NCBI GenBank assembly: GCA_020850575.1 | Contig: JADZEJ010000002.1 | Coordinates: 238,511-302,510 of the forward strand | From: Candidatus Uhrbacteria bacterium | GTDB taxonomy: Bacteria; Patescibacteriota; Patescibacteriia; 2-12-FULL-60-25 | DNA: 64,000 nucleotides | Reading direction: 5' to 3' | Part shown: positions 27,805-36,546 of the stretch, in pieces | How the letters are laid out: every line of letters starts with the position of its first letter | How positions within the stretch are numbered: position 1 is the stretch's first letter | Notes under the pieces: model-generated | The model's database searches: none | What the model was told of the DNA's origin: nothing | The model's input: only the letters and a program-made list of their open reading frames with translations | Translations under genes and position numbers: made by a program

Positions 27805-27841
27805 AAACAAAACTCCCTGGCTGTTCTGCCAGAGAGTTTTT
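27805..27841. terminator. island-supplied rho-independent terminator just downstream of rpsI
   Basis: On the minus strand: AAAAACTCTCTGGC, loop AGAACA, GCCAGGGAGTTTTGTTTTT. Confidence 0.6.
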
Positions 27842-27883
27842 GACCGTAGATTTGGGGTTTCGAGCGACTGTGGAGCGTTGGTA

Positions 27884-28450
27884 CTAACGCTTTGACCACT
27901 GAGGAGCACGACGTGCACCCTTGAGACCAAACTTTTTGCGCTCCTTTTTGCGTGGATCACGCATCAAGTAGCCAAGTTTCTTTAAAGACTTACGGAAGGT
28001 TGGATTGAGTTCAACTAAGGCGCGAGATACACCGTGTCGAACTGCTTCAGCTTGTCCACGAACACCACCTCCTAATACCTTAGCTGAAATATCAATCGAT
28101 GTGTCTTGACCTGTTACCTTGAGTGGATTCACGATTTGCTCGCGAAGATCATAGGTAGTGAAATATTCTTCAAATTTCTTTCCATTGATGGTGATATTTC
28201 CTTTGCCGTTCTTGATCAAACGAACACGAGCGACAGAGGTTTTGCGACGACCGACGGCTGGAATGAATGAACCGCCTTTGCTAACCTTGGCTGCTTCCAT
28301 TTCGCTTGCTTCAAGGGATTCAAGAGCAACTTCTGGCTCAACAGACTTGGTAGCTGGAGCTTTTTTTGCAGTAGCTTTTTTTGCTGGTGCTTTCTTCTTT
28401 TCTTCCGTCGCTACTGGAGCTTCGGATGTCGTTTTTTTAGTGGTTGCCAT
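27884..28450 (-). CDS. rpsI: 30S ribosomal protein S9 with a Lys/Ala-rich N-terminal extension
   Basis: GRRKTSVARVRL...RDPRKKERKKFGLKGARRAPQWSKR. About 55 extra N-terminal residues. Confidence 0.95.
   Translation of the reverse strand: MATTKKTTSEAPVATEEKKKAPAKKATAKKAPATKSVEPEVALESLEASEMEAAKVSKGGSFIPAVGRRKTSVARVRLIKNGKGNITINGKKFEEYFTTYDLREQIVNPLKVTGQDTSIDISAKVLGGGVRGQAEAVRHGVSRALVELNPTFRKSLKKLGYLMRDPRKKERKKFGLKGARRAPQWSKR
27885..27904. repeat. attR direct repeat (functional rpsI 3' end)
   Basis: TAACGCTTTGACCACTGAGG encodes ..PQWSKR plus part of the stop codon. Confidence 0.75.
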
Positions 28451-28451
28451 A

Positions 28452-28832
28452 TTAGGAAATAATGAGACGCTTCATGCGCTCAGCTTGAGTACGATTCTTT
28501 GGCAGCATGTATTTTACAGCATGGCGTAATACTTCTCCCGGACGCTCTTCACGTAACTTTGAAACTGGAATGCGCTTTATACCACTTGGGCGGTTTGAGC
28601 TACGAAAGTGAGCTTTTTGCTCCCATTTCTTACCTGTAAATACTACTTTATCAGCGTTAGTAACTTTAACAAAATCTCCTCCATCAATATGTGGGACATG
28701 ATCCACTTTATGTTTACCCACGAGCAACGTTGCGATTTTAGTCGCTAAACGACCAACTACCATTCCGGTTGCGTCGATCTGATGAGTAGCCCGTTTTACG
28801 GTGGGCATTCCGGGTTGTTTTTTCCACGGCAT
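28452..28832 (-). CDS. rplM: 50S ribosomal protein L13
   Basis: IDATGMVVGRLATKIATLLVGKHK. Confidence 0.95.
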   Translation of the reverse strand: MPWKKQPGMPTVKRATHQIDATGMVVGRLATKIATLLVGKHKVDHVPHIDGGDFVKVTNADKVVFTGKKWEQKAHFRSSNRPSGIKRIPVSKLREERPGEVLRHAVKYMLPKNRTQAERMKRLIIS

Positions 28833-28834
28833 AC

Positions 28835-29191
28835 TTAATCTTTAATCAATTGAAGTTGAGCAATTTCAGCTCCATCTCCTTTACGTTGTCCTAACTTGAT
28901 AATACGGGTATATCCGCCGTTGCGCTTCGCATAACGAGGACCAAGTTCTTCAAGAACTTTGTTAACCGCTGATTCACTCAAAAGCACTGCGAGTAAACGG
29001 CGACGGGAAGTCAAGCTCTTGTCTCGACCAAGCGTAATCAATCGTTCGACGAGTGGTTTGACGGTTTTCGCTTTTGCGAGCGTCGTATTTATATTCTCAT
29101 ACAGAATGGCACTGGTTGCCAATCCACGGAGAAGAGCAATACGTGGTCCGCGCTTGCGACCAAGACTCTTGCGCTTAAAATTATGCTTCAT
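28835..29191 (-). CDS. rplQ: 50S ribosomal protein L17
   Basis: LGRKRGPRIALLRGLATSAILYENINTTLAKAK. Confidence 0.95.
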   Translation of the reverse strand: MKHNFKRKSLGRKRGPRIALLRGLATSAILYENINTTLAKAKTVKPLVERLITLGRDKSLTSRRRLLAVLLSESAVNKVLEELGPRYAKRNGGYTRIIKLGQRKGDGAEIAQLQLIKD

Positions 29192-29879
29192 ATTCGAGTT
29201 CTTTCAATAGATTCAGGTGGTCAAGCAAAATAGCTACCGAATCACGACAAGCATCAAGTGGATCCATCGTGCCGTCAGTTTCAACCGATAAGATAAGCTT
29301 GTCATAATCAGTTTTTTCACCCAATCGAGTGGCTTCAACTTTGTATGAGACGTTAATCACCGGGCTGTACAGGGCGTCTATTGCTATTGTTCCGAGTTCT
29401 AATTTTTCCTTCAACCGTTCTTCAGTCGTACGAAAACCACGGCCTTGAGCGACGGTAATTTCCATTTCGAAGGAAGAAGATTTATCGGTTAATGTTGCTA
29501 TAACGAGATCCTTATTAATGATCTCGACATCAGCGTTTTTTTCAAAATCCGCAGCAGTAACGGTTTTTTCTCCTTTTACTGAGAGTGAAATTTTAACCGG
29601 CTCAGACGAGTGACACTTGAGGCGTAAGGCTTTCAAGTTAAGGATGATTTCGAGCACATCTTCTTTTGCACCATTAATAGTCGAAAACTCATGGTCGACG
29701 CCTTTAATTTTAACGGCAACAACCGCTGCACCCGGTAATGAAGAGAGCAGAACGCGGCGCATGGCGTTTCCAATGGTTGTTCCATATCCTTGCGTACATG
29801 GTTCGATGGTAAGAATTCCTTCGTGAGGACGTTCACCTTTCGAAAAACGAATTTTTGATGGGAGGAGGAGTGATTCCAT
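29181..29879 (-). CDS. rpoA: RNA polymerase alpha subunit, N-terminal domain only (232 aa)
   Basis: GYGTTIGNAMRRVLLSSLPGAAV. The ORF ends overlapping rplQ with no C-terminal domain. Confidence 0.9.
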   Translation of the reverse strand: MESLLLPSKIRFSKGERPHEGILTIEPCTQGYGTTIGNAMRRVLLSSLPGAAVVAVKIKGVDHEFSTINGAKEDVLEIILNLKALRLKCHSSEPVKISLSVKGEKTVTAADFEKNADVEIINKDLVIATLTDKSSSFEMEITVAQGRGFRTTEERLKEKLELGTIAIDALYSPVINVSYKVEATRLGEKTDYDKLILSVETDGTMDPLDACRDSVAILLDHLNLLKELEYEA

Positions 29880-29900
29880 AGTGATGGAATAAAGGTTCGA

Positions 29901-30512
29901 TTAACGCGAGTAAAATTCGACAATGAGTTTTGGGTCGAATGGCTGCTTCAATTCTTCTCCGGATGGTCGACTGACAATTTTAGCTACCATTTCTTTCAAA
30001 TCGATTGTAATCCATGATGGAGTTTCAATCTGTTTTGTGGATTCTCCAAAATTCTTCCAGAGTTTTTTTTCTGCTTTGGTCTTGCGAATAGTGATTTGTT
30101 CACCCGGTTTTACCAAGTATGAAGGGATATTCACTTTTTTTCCATTAACATCTATATGAGCGTGAGAAACAAGTTGGCGAGCTCCAGCGCGTGTTTTTGA
30201 GAGGCCGGCTCGAAATACCGCATTATCCAAACGTGATTCGAGCAAGCGTACAAGATTTTCACCCGTATCACCTTTCATACTTGTCGCCTTTTCAAAATAG
30301 TTACGAAATTGTTTTTCATTCAAACCAAAAACAAGTTTTGCGCGCTGCTTCTCTCGAAGTTGCTTGCCGTATTCTGTCATTCGACCTTGTCCCTTTGGAC
30401 CATGGACGCCTGGTGGATACCCACGCTTTTCGAGGATACGAGCCATTTTATCACGACCGTCGAGATTAATTCCCTCGCGGCGGACACGTTTTGCGGTTAT
30501 TTTCATTCGCAT
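29901..30512 (-). CDS. rpsD: 30S ribosomal protein S4
   Basis: EYGKQLREKQRAKLVFGLNEKQFRNYF..RLDNAVFRAGL. Confidence 0.95.
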   Translation of the reverse strand: MRMKITAKRVRREGINLDGRDKMARILEKRGYPPGVHGPKGQGRMTEYGKQLREKQRAKLVFGLNEKQFRNYFEKATSMKGDTGENLVRLLESRLDNAVFRAGLSKTRAGARQLVSHAHIDVNGKKVNIPSYLVKPGEQITIRKTKAEKKLWKNFGESTKQIETPSWITIDLKEMVAKIVSRPSGEELKQPFDPKLIVEFYSR

Positions 30513-30535
30513 AGAAGTAATTCGCTTAAGAGAGA

Positions 30536-30955
30536 TTAGACACGTCGAGGACGTGGTGGGCGACAGCCATTATGAGGGATTGGTGTGATATCTTTGATCG
30601 TAAGGACATTTACCCCATTTGCATTAAAAGCACGAATTGCCCCTTCTCGACCCTGACCAACACCTGAAATATAAACATTTACTTCTTTTAAGCCGATTTC
30701 TGCAATCTTATCAAGCACATTCTTTACCACAACGGAAGCAGCATATGGTGTTGCTTTTTTAGGTCCTTTAAAGCCTGATGAGCCAGCGCTGGACCAACCA
30801 AGAACATTACCGTTTAAATCGGTCAAAGTAACAATGGTGTTGTTATACGTAGCTTGCACATACGCTTTACCATGTGAAATTGCAGCCTTGGCTTTCGCTT
30901 TCTTTTTGGTGTTGCGTTTTGCAGCAACAGAATTGGTTGTTTTCTTTTCAGCCAT
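30536..30955 (-). CDS. rpsK: 30S ribosomal protein S11
   Basis: NNTIVTLTDLNGNVLGWSSAGSSGFKG. Confidence 0.95.
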   Translation of the reverse strand: MAEKKTTNSVAAKRNTKKKAKAKAAISHGKAYVQATYNNTIVTLTDLNGNVLGWSSAGSSGFKGPKKATPYAASVVVKNVLDKIAEIGLKEVNVYISGVGQGREGAIRAFNANGVNVLTIKDITPIPHNGCRPPRPRRV

Positions 30956-30960
30956 ACGTA

Positions 30961-31347
30961 TTAGGTCTTTTCAAGTTTACGTTTACCAGAACCCATTGTC
31001 TTACGGGCATTACCTCGAATAGTGCGATTATTCGTCTTGGTTCGTTGACCTCGAGCGGGCAAGCCCTTGATGTGTCGTGAACCACGAAAAGAGCCGATAT
31101 CCTTCAATCGTTTGATATTGGACATGACTTCACGTCTAACCTCACCTTCGACTTTAAATTGTTTTTCCACGAGGTCGCGGAGCTTGTTTGTTTGAGCTTC
31201 CGTGAGATCTTTCACACGGATTTCTGGAGAGACACCAGATGCTGCGATGATTTTCTTCGCAGTTGTGGTACCAATTCCGTATATGTAGGTCAACCCGATG
31301 TCGATGCGTTTTTGTGCAGGGAGGGTGACGCCAGCGATGCGTGCCAT
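30961..31347 (-). CDS. rpsM: 30S ribosomal protein S13
   Basis: [26 protein letters not shown]. Confidence 0.95.
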   Translation of the reverse strand: MARIAGVTLPAQKRIDIGLTYIYGIGTTTAKKIIAASGVSPEIRVKDLTEAQTNKLRDLVEKQFKVEGEVRREVMSNIKRLKDIGSFRGSRHIKGLPARGQRTKTNNRTIRGNARKTMGSGKRKLEKT

Positions 31348-31401
31348 AGGTGTTATTTAGGACCGTTCAGCCTGAGTTATTTATGGATGAATTATAATTG
31401 A

Positions 31402-31518
31402 TTAGCCTTGACGTTGCTTGTGTTTAGGAGACTTTTTACAAATAACCACAACACGTCCTTTACGGCGGATTACTTGGCAGTCGCGGCACATGGCCTTTAC
31501 AGATGATCGTACTTTCAT
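31402..31518 (-). CDS. rpmJ: 50S ribosomal protein L36
   Basis: Hand-translated 38 aa, [38 protein letters not shown]. Below the ORF-track cutoff. Confidence 0.9.
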   Translation of the reverse strand: MKVRSSVKAMCRDCQVIRRKGRVVVICKKSPKHKQRQG

Positions 31519-31557
31519 AGCACTTCAGAATTTGGGCTGTGGTTACATTAAAGTGGG

Positions 31558-31776
31558 CTAAAGCCTATAGCTAATGCGACCTTTTGTCAAATCGTACGGA
31601 CTCACTTCAACTTCGACCTCATCGCCTGGAGTTAAACGAATGCGATTTTTGCGGAGTTTACCTGCTAAATGACACAGTAAAAACTGACCATTATCGAGTT
31701 TTACGCGGAATGTCGTCGCTGGCAAGGATTCGGTAATTACGCCTTTCACGACGATAAAATCTTTCGTTCCGCTCAT
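31558..31776 (-). CDS. infA: translation initiation factor IF-1
   Basis: 72-aa S1-like protein, [31 protein letters not shown]. Confidence 0.95.
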   Translation of the reverse strand: MSGTKDFIVVKGVITESLPATTFRVKLDNGQFLLCHLAGKLRKNRIRLTPGDEVEVEVSPYDLTKGRISYRL

Positions 31777-31821
31777 AGGTTGCTCACAACAAATTTCATG
31801 GTTAAGTTAAAATTTTGCCTG

Positions 31822-31849
31822 AGTATAGCATGTACAAGCTAAACGTCAA
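31822..31849 (-). promoter_or_regulatory. sigma70-type promoter of the infA-ribosomal protein operon
   Basis: On the minus strand: TTGACG, a 16-nt spacer ending in TGc, then TATACT. Confidence 0.55.
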
Positions 31850-31880
31850 CATAAAAATATGCTTTATCACAAAAGATGAC

Positions 31881-31905
31881 AAAAAAAGTCGCACTTTCTG
31901 CGACT
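31881..31905 (-). terminator. rho-independent terminator
   Basis: On the minus strand: AGTCGCA, loop GAAAG, TGCGACT, then T7. Confidence 0.75.
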
Positions 31906-31922
31906 TATAGACTTTATATGTT

Positions 31923-32486
31923 CTACATTTCCCTAATTTTAGAGAGCAAAGGTTCCATTGGTTTGCAAACTATTCGCCAACCGGCATGACCTGCTTTTCC
32001 TGGAACAAGGATGCTTCTTTCTTCAAAAGTCTTGCGCAATTTTGGAAGATCTTCGATCACAATAGATAGAGGGTAAAGCTGTGCAGCTTCCCCCTTTTTC
32101 TCCAACAAGAATACCTGTCTGGAGTTTCCATGTTGAAGATTCCGGTTCCAAAAAATGCAAACACCTTTTTCAGGCAAATTAGCTGTTTCCAACCCAGTCA
32201 ATATTTGTTTAATGATTGTTTCGGATTGGAACGGTTCGAAGTAGAGGCTAGGCGTAAAAACCGTTTCTGATTTTCCTTCTGGTTTTGGAAGGGGTGGGAG
32301 AGACTTCGTCGCATCGGTGGACGGAATCGCAACTTCGACGTGAGTAGGTGAAGGATTTGGCTTATGAGCAGAGCATCCCCACAAACCAGAACAATACACG
32401 CTGATAAACATGAAACAGTGATTGAACTTGGTCATGAGTTTCTCCACCGTAAAAGGACCCTCTATAGGTTTACTCAGAGGATTCAT
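31923..32486 (-). CDS. hypothetical lipoprotein
   Basis: Lipobox-like ..YCSGLWGCSA. No family recognised. Confidence 0.55.
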   Translation of the reverse strand: MNPLSKPIEGPFTVEKLMTKFNHCFMFISVYCSGLWGCSAHKPNPSPTHVEVAIPSTDATKSLPPLPKPEGKSETVFTPSLYFEPFQSETIIKQILTGLETANLPEKGVCIFWNRNLQHGNSRQVFLLEKKGEAAQLYPLSIVIEDLPKLRKTFEERSILVPGKAGHAGWRIVCKPMEPLLSKIREM

Positions 32487-32515
32487 ACTGTCAATCTTAA
32501 CCTTTGATGCCTCAA

Positions 32516-34366
32516 TTATCGACCGCTAACACTTGCTTTAATGCGGCGGATACCTGCACTAACCGCTTCTTCTTTTTGTATTTTAAATTTTCCCAAATCT
32601 CCCGTATGAGTTACATGTGGTCCGCCACAAATTTCTTTCGAAAAATCAGTAATTTCATTTCCTATGAAATAGACTTTAACTTTGTCTCCATATTTTTCTT
32701 CAAACAAACCAATAGCACCATGCATTTTAGCTTCAGCGACGGTCATTTCTTTGGAATGTACAGGTAGATCTTGGTCAATTACGGCATTCACCATGTCTTC
32801 AACACGTTTGATCTGCTCAGGTGTCAACTTTTCCGGATGTGAGAAATCAAAACGTAAACGTTCAGATGTAATATTACTCCCCTTTTGTTCAACATGTTCA
32901 CCGAGAATATTTTTCAAAGCTCGATGCAATAAATGCGTTGCGGTATGTAAACGAGTGGATTCGATAGAATGATCCGCAAGACCACCTTTGAACATACCGG
33001 CAGAAGCCGTACGAGATAATTCCTGATGTTTTTTGAATTCGGCTGCAAAAACCTCACGATCTATACTCGAACCACGTTCACGTAACATTTCTTCAGTTAA
33101 TTCTATCGGAAAACCATAGGTCGAAAACAACATAAATGCCTGCTCACCCGTTATCGTACCCATGTTAGCCATTTTTTCAAATTCTTTCGTTCCCTTTTCA
33201 ATGGTTTTTGCAAACTTATCTTCTTCTTTTTGGAGTTCACCTACAATATGCGAACGATTTGTTTCGAGCTCTGTATAATGTGTGCCGTATTGACCAATAA
33301 TTACCGCAGCAATTTTGGCCAAGAATGGATCAGTCAAACCTAAACGATGTCCTTCACGAATCGCACGACGCAATAAACGACGCACGATATATCCTTGCCC
33401 TATGTTTGAGGGCACGACGCCGTGCGGATCACCAATCACAAAGGTTGAGGCGCGAATATGATCGGCAATGATGCGAAATGCGCGTTTTGTATCATGATAT
33501 TTTTTATGACTTACTTGTTCAATGGCAGAAATAATAACTTCAAATTCTGGCGTTTCGAAAACAGTTTCATTTCCATTCAACATGGCGACCATGCGTTCCA
33601 AACCCATGCCAGTGTCAACATTTTTTGATGGGAGCTCTTCAAGTGCACCGCCTTCAGACAAGCGGTTAAACTGCATGAAGACATTATTCCAAATCTCAAC
33701 AAAGCGTCCGCAGTCACAATTTGGATTACATACTTTATCAAAACCAGGCTGATGTGCTTTTCCAGTATCATAAAAGATTTCGGTATCCGGACCACACAAG
33801 CCTTTCATTGTCGCACCTGGCCACCAATTTTTCTTTTTTGGATATGCGTATATACGAGCACCATTTACATCTTGAGTCGGTTCATCCTGATTAACGACAC
33901 CAATTTCAGCTGCTATGCCTTGAATTTCAAATAAACTTTGCCAAATACCGATTGATTCCTCATCACGAATCGCATCTTCATCACCTTCAAAAACAGTTAC
34001 ATAAATCTTTTTTGGATCTAGACCGAGCCATTTTTTATCAGTCAAAAATTCAAATGCCCAGGTTATCGCTTCTGGTTTAAAATAATCACCAAGCGACCAA
34101 TTTCCAAGCATTTCAAAAAATGTTAAATGGCGATTGTCACCAACTTCTTCAATATCATCTGTACGAAGACATTTTTGTGCGCTCACCAAACGACTGCCCA
34201 TTGGATGTGGATTTCCGGACAAAAACGGAATTAGCGGCTGCATTCCTGCCGTTGTAAACAATACCGTTGGATCATTCTGCGGCACAATCGAAGCAGAAGG
34301 AATAACGGCATGCCCTTTTTCCTTAAAAAAATCTAGATACTTTTGGCGTAGTTCGGCGGCGGTCAT
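32516..34366 (-). CDS. alaS: alanine--tRNA ligase, short form without the C-Ala domain
   Basis: MTAAELRQKYLDFFKEKGH.., FTTAGMQP, the editing-domain HTATHLLH and CGGPHV. Ends about 250 aa short of typical bacterial AlaRS. Confidence 0.9.
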   Translation of the reverse strand: MTAAELRQKYLDFFKEKGHAVIPSASIVPQNDPTVLFTTAGMQPLIPFLSGNPHPMGSRLVSAQKCLRTDDIEEVGDNRHLTFFEMLGNWSLGDYFKPEAITWAFEFLTDKKWLGLDPKKIYVTVFEGDEDAIRDEESIGIWQSLFEIQGIAAEIGVVNQDEPTQDVNGARIYAYPKKKNWWPGATMKGLCGPDTEIFYDTGKAHQPGFDKVCNPNCDCGRFVEIWNNVFMQFNRLSEGGALEELPSKNVDTGMGLERMVAMLNGNETVFETPEFEVIISAIEQVSHKKYHDTKRAFRIIADHIRASTFVIGDPHGVVPSNIGQGYIVRRLLRRAIREGHRLGLTDPFLAKIAAVIIGQYGTHYTELETNRSHIVGELQKEEDKFAKTIEKGTKEFEKMANMGTITGEQAFMLFSTYGFPIELTEEMLRERGSSIDREVFAAEFKKHQELSRTASAGMFKGGLADHSIESTRLHTATHLLHRALKNILGEHVEQKGSNITSERLRFDFSHPEKLTPEQIKRVEDMVNAVIDQDLPVHSKEMTVAEAKMHGAIGLFEEKYGDKVKVYFIGNEITDFSKEICGGPHVTHTGDLGKFKIQKEEAVSAGIRRIKASVSGR

Positions 34367-34491
34367 AAAAATAAGCATTCATGCAAACATCAAGCATTTC
34401 CCACTGAATTTTTTGAAGTCTGATAATGTCTTCGTTTGTAATTTTTTGAAATCATAGATTTGAATAAGAGGAAAGTCAAAAAAACGTATAC

Positions 34492-35316
34492 TTATTGTAC
34501 TTCTCCACTTACATTTGAAGTTACTTTTTCAATTGCTTCGAGAGGTTCTTCATTTTCTTGCCCACCTTTACTGATCAAATTATGATAAATCAATTCAGCT
34601 TGATTGGCGAAGACTTTTACTAAAGGTACTTCGAGAGTATCGGTGTGATCTTTTGCTAATACCATCAGAAGATAAGCCTTAATTGGACTATCTTGTTTAT
34701 CGCTAGGAACCACTAAAACGCGGGATCCTTCACTTTGTACTATTTGATGTGAATTTCCTCCTTCATGAAGTTCGCGTAATTCACGATTAGAAATTTTGAT
34801 TACCTTTTTTCCTTCCAAATGATGATACACTTCACGATCAGTGCGTAATTTTTCAAGTTCAACAAATCGTATCAATACAGACTTCGCATTGGTACAGGCA
34901 GCTGCATTTGCCGCTAATGATGCTAAGAGATCCTTCCAATACGCACGCTTTCCTGTAAGTTCCATGCTTGTTTCATTGAAATGCTTTTTTAGCACATCTA
35001 TTTGGCGATTAACTGAACCGATATACCGATACGACTCAACCAATTCTTTCATCGCGCGTTCAGCACTTTGGATCGCATCATCACGTTCTTGAGTGCGACG
35101 CTCCATTAAACGTTCATACAAGGTAAACGTTCCAAGACCACCCAATCCAAACAAAAAGATCAATACTTCTTCAATATGTTGTTGCGGAACCCCGAACATG
35201 TCTTCCGGAACGATGGAAGGTGTCATTACGGCTAAGACGAAAAAAATGAGATATATTAAAGAAATCCATTCGATGCGACGATTATGTGGAAGCTGCTTGT
35301 CTGGTGCCATATTCAA
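34492..35316 (-). CDS. hypothetical membrane protein
   Basis: 274-aa ORF with two N-terminal TM segments. Confidence 0.6.
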   Translation of the reverse strand: MNMAPDKQLPHNRRIEWISLIYLIFFVLAVMTPSIVPEDMFGVPQQHIEEVLIFLFGLGGLGTFTLYERLMERRTQERDDAIQSAERAMKELVESYRYIGSVNRQIDVLKKHFNETSMELTGKRAYWKDLLASLAANAAACTNAKSVLIRFVELEKLRTDREVYHHLEGKKVIKISNRELRELHEGGNSHQIVQSEGSRVLVVPSDKQDSPIKAYLLMVLAKDHTDTLEVPLVKVFANQAELIYHNLISKGGQENEEPLEAIEKVTSNVSGEVQ

Positions 35317-35359
35317 AGGGTAACAAAGTGACTACAATACGACTAGGCGGAATGTCAAG

Positions 35360-36442
35360 TTACACAAACACAGAAATTACACCCCCGCCAAGACATTCAT
35401 TCTCTTGATATAATACTGCGGATTGACCTGGTGCAACTGCTTTTACTGGCTGTGCAAAAATCAATTCGAGTTGTCCATTGGATTTCATTGATGCGTGACA
35501 AGAAATTGGATTTTGACGATAACGTACCTGAACTACGCAATCGAAATTTGCGGTCGGAGGTAAACCGCGTGTCCAATGTAAATCGTTCAAGATCGTTGAA
35601 TTTTGAAAAAGTAATGGATGTTCAGCCCCTTGAACAATCATCAACTGATTGGTTTTCATATCTTTTTTTGCTACATACCATGCTTGTTCACCTTTACTTA
35701 CATGAATACCGTGGCGTTGACCTATGGTATATCCATCCAAACCGGAATGCTTACCTAATATATTTCTCTTTTCATCAACAATATCACCCGGTTTAGCCGG
35801 GATTTTTTTCCGTAAAAATTCTTGCATATCAAGTTTTCCTATAAAGCAAATCCCCTGGCTATCAGGTTTTTCAGCAATCGGTAGACTGAATTCAGTAGCA
35901 AGCTTACGAACTTGAGTTTTGTATAGATTTCCAATAGGAAATAACGTTTTCTGGAGAACATTCTGCGGAACGCGATATAAAAAATAACTTTGATCCTTAT
36001 TCGGATCAATTCCGCGTATCAAATGAACCTCTTCTTTTTTTGGTATTCGATCGATGCATGCGTAATGACCAGTTGCAACGTAGTCCGCACCTAGTTTCAT
36101 GGCTTCGTCGTAAAATAATCCAAACTTGATCGCTTCATTGCATAACACATCGGGATTTGGCGTTTCGCCGGCCTCATACCCACGAAATATTTCTGCGACA
36201 ACTTTTTCACGATAATTTTTTTCAAAATCAAATGTTATGAGCGGAATACCGATACGGGCTGCGACACGCATCGCATCACGACGTTCGCTGCGCCAGGCAC
36301 ATTCTCCCGTCCATAATTCTTTAGAATCACTCCAATTTTTAATAAATCCACCAATGACACGATACCCTTCACGAACCAGTAAAGCCGCAGTGACGCTCGA
36401 ATCAACACCACCCGACATTCCAACAAGAACGGTTTTTTGCAT
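35360..36442 (-). CDS. mnmA: tRNA 2-thiouridine(34) synthase
   Basis: VLVGMSGGVDSSVTAALL PP-loop and conserved length. Confidence 0.9.
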   Translation of the reverse strand: MQKTVLVGMSGGVDSSVTAALLVREGYRVIGGFIKNWSDSKELWTGECAWRSERRDAMRVAARIGIPLITFDFEKNYREKVVAEIFRGYEAGETPNPDVLCNEAIKFGLFYDEAMKLGADYVATGHYACIDRIPKKEEVHLIRGIDPNKDQSYFLYRVPQNVLQKTLFPIGNLYKTQVRKLATEFSLPIAEKPDSQGICFIGKLDMQEFLRKKIPAKPGDIVDEKRNILGKHSGLDGYTIGQRHGIHVSKGEQAWYVAKKDMKTNQLMIVQGAEHPLLFQNSTILNDLHWTRGLPPTANFDCVVQVRYRQNPISCHASMKSNGQLELIFAQPVKAVAPGQSAVLYQENECLGGGVISVFV

Positions 36443-36546
36443 ATACTCTTTTCTCTTTTTCTCATTCCCTCAAACAAGGAAACTGGATTTACTAGTAGAA
36501 GACATGTCCGTATGAAAATTGAAACTAGTTTCACTTGTAAAATACA

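Larger units (their letters stand above)
19487..27904. mobile_element. integrative island or degraded temperate-phage remnant carrying a DGR, inserted in the rpsI 3' end
   Basis: Flanking 20-bp direct repeats, an integrase next to attL, foreign base composition, phage gene remnants, and a replacement stop codon and terminator for rpsI. Confidence 0.75.

Noticed and set aside
26385-27899. Multiple overlapping ORFs (26401..26796, 26431..26751, 26450..27004, 27154..27606, 27312..27899 and others)
   Set aside because: These are shadow frames over the exonuclease and Sak4-like genes in GC-rich DNA, with Arg/Ser-rich translations and no family motifs.
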